DNA from: Basidiobolus meristosporus CBS 931.73
Lineage: Eukaryota; Fungi; Basidiobolomycota
DNA length: 64,000 nucleotides
Direction: 5' to 3'
Assembly: GCA_002104905.1 (NCBI GenBank)
Contig: MCFE01000056.1
Location: 124,001-188,000 of the forward strand
Positions 62,749-64,000 of the stretch are shown here, piece by piece. A model generated the notes under the pieces. It did no database searches and was not told where the DNA came from. It saw only the letters and a list, made by a program, of their open reading frames with translations. How positions within the stretch are numbered: position 1 is the stretch's first letter; every line of letters begins with the position of its first letter. The translations under genes and the position numbers were made by a program.

Positions 62749-63951
62749 TTAATACTTGTAGAAGCCGCCACTCCCGTGCCCTTCATATTCTCCACCACCT
62801 CCACCGTTGCCGCCATATCCACCGCTGCTGCCACCACTGCCGTTTCCACCATGTCCTCCGCTGCCACCACTGCCGTTTCCACCATGTCCTCCGCTGCCAC
62901 CACCGCCATTTCCACCATATCCTCCTCCGTTGCCGCCACCGTTTCCACCATATCCTCCACCACTGCCGCTGCCACCACCGCCATTTCCACCATATGCTCC
63001 TCCGCTGCCGCCACCGTTTCCACCATATCCTCCACCACTGCCGTTGCCACCACCGTATCCTCCGCTGCCACCACCGCCATTTCCACCATATGCTCCTCCG
63101 CTGCCGCCACCGTTTCCACCATATCCTCCACCACTGCCGTTGCCACCACCGTATCCTCCGCTGCCACCACCGCCATTTCCACCATATGCTCCTCCGCTGC
63201 CGCCACCGTTTCCACCATATCCTCCACCACTGCCGTTGCCACCACCGTATCCTCCGCTGCCACCACCGCCATTTCCACCATACGCTCCTCCGCTGCCGCC
63301 ACCGTTTCCACCATATCCTCCACCACTGCCGTTGCCACCACCGTATCCTCCGCTACCACCACCGCCATTTCCACCATATCCTCCTCCACTGCCGCCACCG
63401 TTTCCACCGTATCCTCCGCTGCCACCACCGCCATTTCCACCATGTCCTCCACTACCACCACCACCATTTCCACCATATCCTCTACCGCCGCCGTTTCCAC
63501 CATATTCTCCGCCGCTGCCGCCACCGTTTCCACCGTATCCTCCGCTACCACCACCACCGTTGCCACCATATCCTCCGCTTCCACCATATCCTCCTCCGCT
63601 GCCGCCACCGTTTCCACCATATCCTCCACCGCCGCCGCCACCGTTTCCACCGTATCCTCCGCTACCACTACCACCGTTGCCACCATATCCTCCGCTATCA
63701 CCACTACCGTTTCTACCATAACCTCCGCTACTGCCACCGCCGTTTCCACCATGTCCTCCGCCGCTGCCGCCACCGCTTCCACCGTATCCTCCGCTACCGC
63801 CACCACCGTTTCCTTCATAGCTATCACCGTGAGCTACACCACCACCTTCACCAGCGTAATCTTTGGTGTTGTATCCGCGCTCGAGAACAGCAGCACTCGC
63901 CATGGACAAGATTGAAGCTGCAAGAAGGAGTTTGACCGAAGAGATTTTCAT
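62749..63951 (-). CDS. secreted Gly-rich (GYGGNGGG) repeat protein
   Basis: Signal peptide MKISSVKLLLAASILSMASA followed by AVLERGY. About four near-perfect 96-nt internal repeats. Intronless. Confidence 0.85.
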   Translation of the reverse strand: MKISSVKLLLAASILSMASAAVLERGYNTKDYAGEGGGVAHGDSYEGNGGGGSGGYGGSGGGSGGGHGGNGGGSSGGYGRNGSGDSGGYGGNGGSGSGGYGGNGGGGGGGYGGNGGGSGGGYGGSGGYGGNGGGGSGGYGGNGGGSGGEYGGNGGGRGYGGNGGGGSGGHGGNGGGGSGGYGGNGGGSGGGYGGNGGGGSGGYGGGNGSGGGYGGNGGGSGGAYGGNGGGGSGGYGGGNGSGGGYGGNGGGSGGAYGGNGGGGSGGYGGGNGSGGGYGGNGGGSGGAYGGNGGGGSGGYGGGNGSGGGYGGNGGGSGGAYGGNGGGGSGSGGGYGGNGGGNGGGYGGNGGGGSGGHGGNGSGGSGGHGGNGSGGSSGGYGGNGGGGGEYEGHGSGGFYKY

Positions 63952-64000
63952 ATTGAGTGATTGATTTGTTGGATGGAATTAAGCTCCCCATTTATAGCCG

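Noticed and set aside
62697-63935. Long His/Cys/Arg, Ala/Thr/Ser, PPPY and Val/Ala/Glu ORFs overlapping the Gly-rich gene
   Set aside because: Stop-free shadows of GGN-rich repeats, with no independent start context or signal peptide.

Overview
Fungal nuclear DNA with short GT-AG introns and fungal-type housekeeping genes. An early-diverging fungus such as Basidiobolus is my guess and is not verifiable here. The window has four zones. (1) 1-18.3 kb: nested, decayed, strongly CpG-depleted transposons (Ty3/gypsy, Ty1/copia, CACTA-like, a foldback element). (2) 18.7-37.6 kb: compact CpG-rich core genes (DUF4396, GCNA/SprT, Msc2-type Zn transporter, FHA-kinase with three FHA domains, PMI, calmodulin, TyrRS, HD protein, eL8, uS15m), plus an unexplained TATA-preceded stem-loop ncRNA candidate near 35.2 kb. 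(3) 38-52.7 kb: secreted-protein cluster of two Gly-rich proteins, a bacterial-type CAP protein, and a 13-copy tandem array of small Tyr/Asp/Gly/Arg repeat proteins with dibasic cleavage sites, interleaved with four identical tRNA-Arg(UCG) genes. (4) 53-64 kb: an intact, intronless bacterial-type CoA-disulfide reductase-rhodanese-TusA gene (HGT candidate), more decayed copia/LINE sequence, a truncated protoglobin and a Gly-rich secreted protein related to the array. Exon structures and TE borders were read by eye and are approximate.
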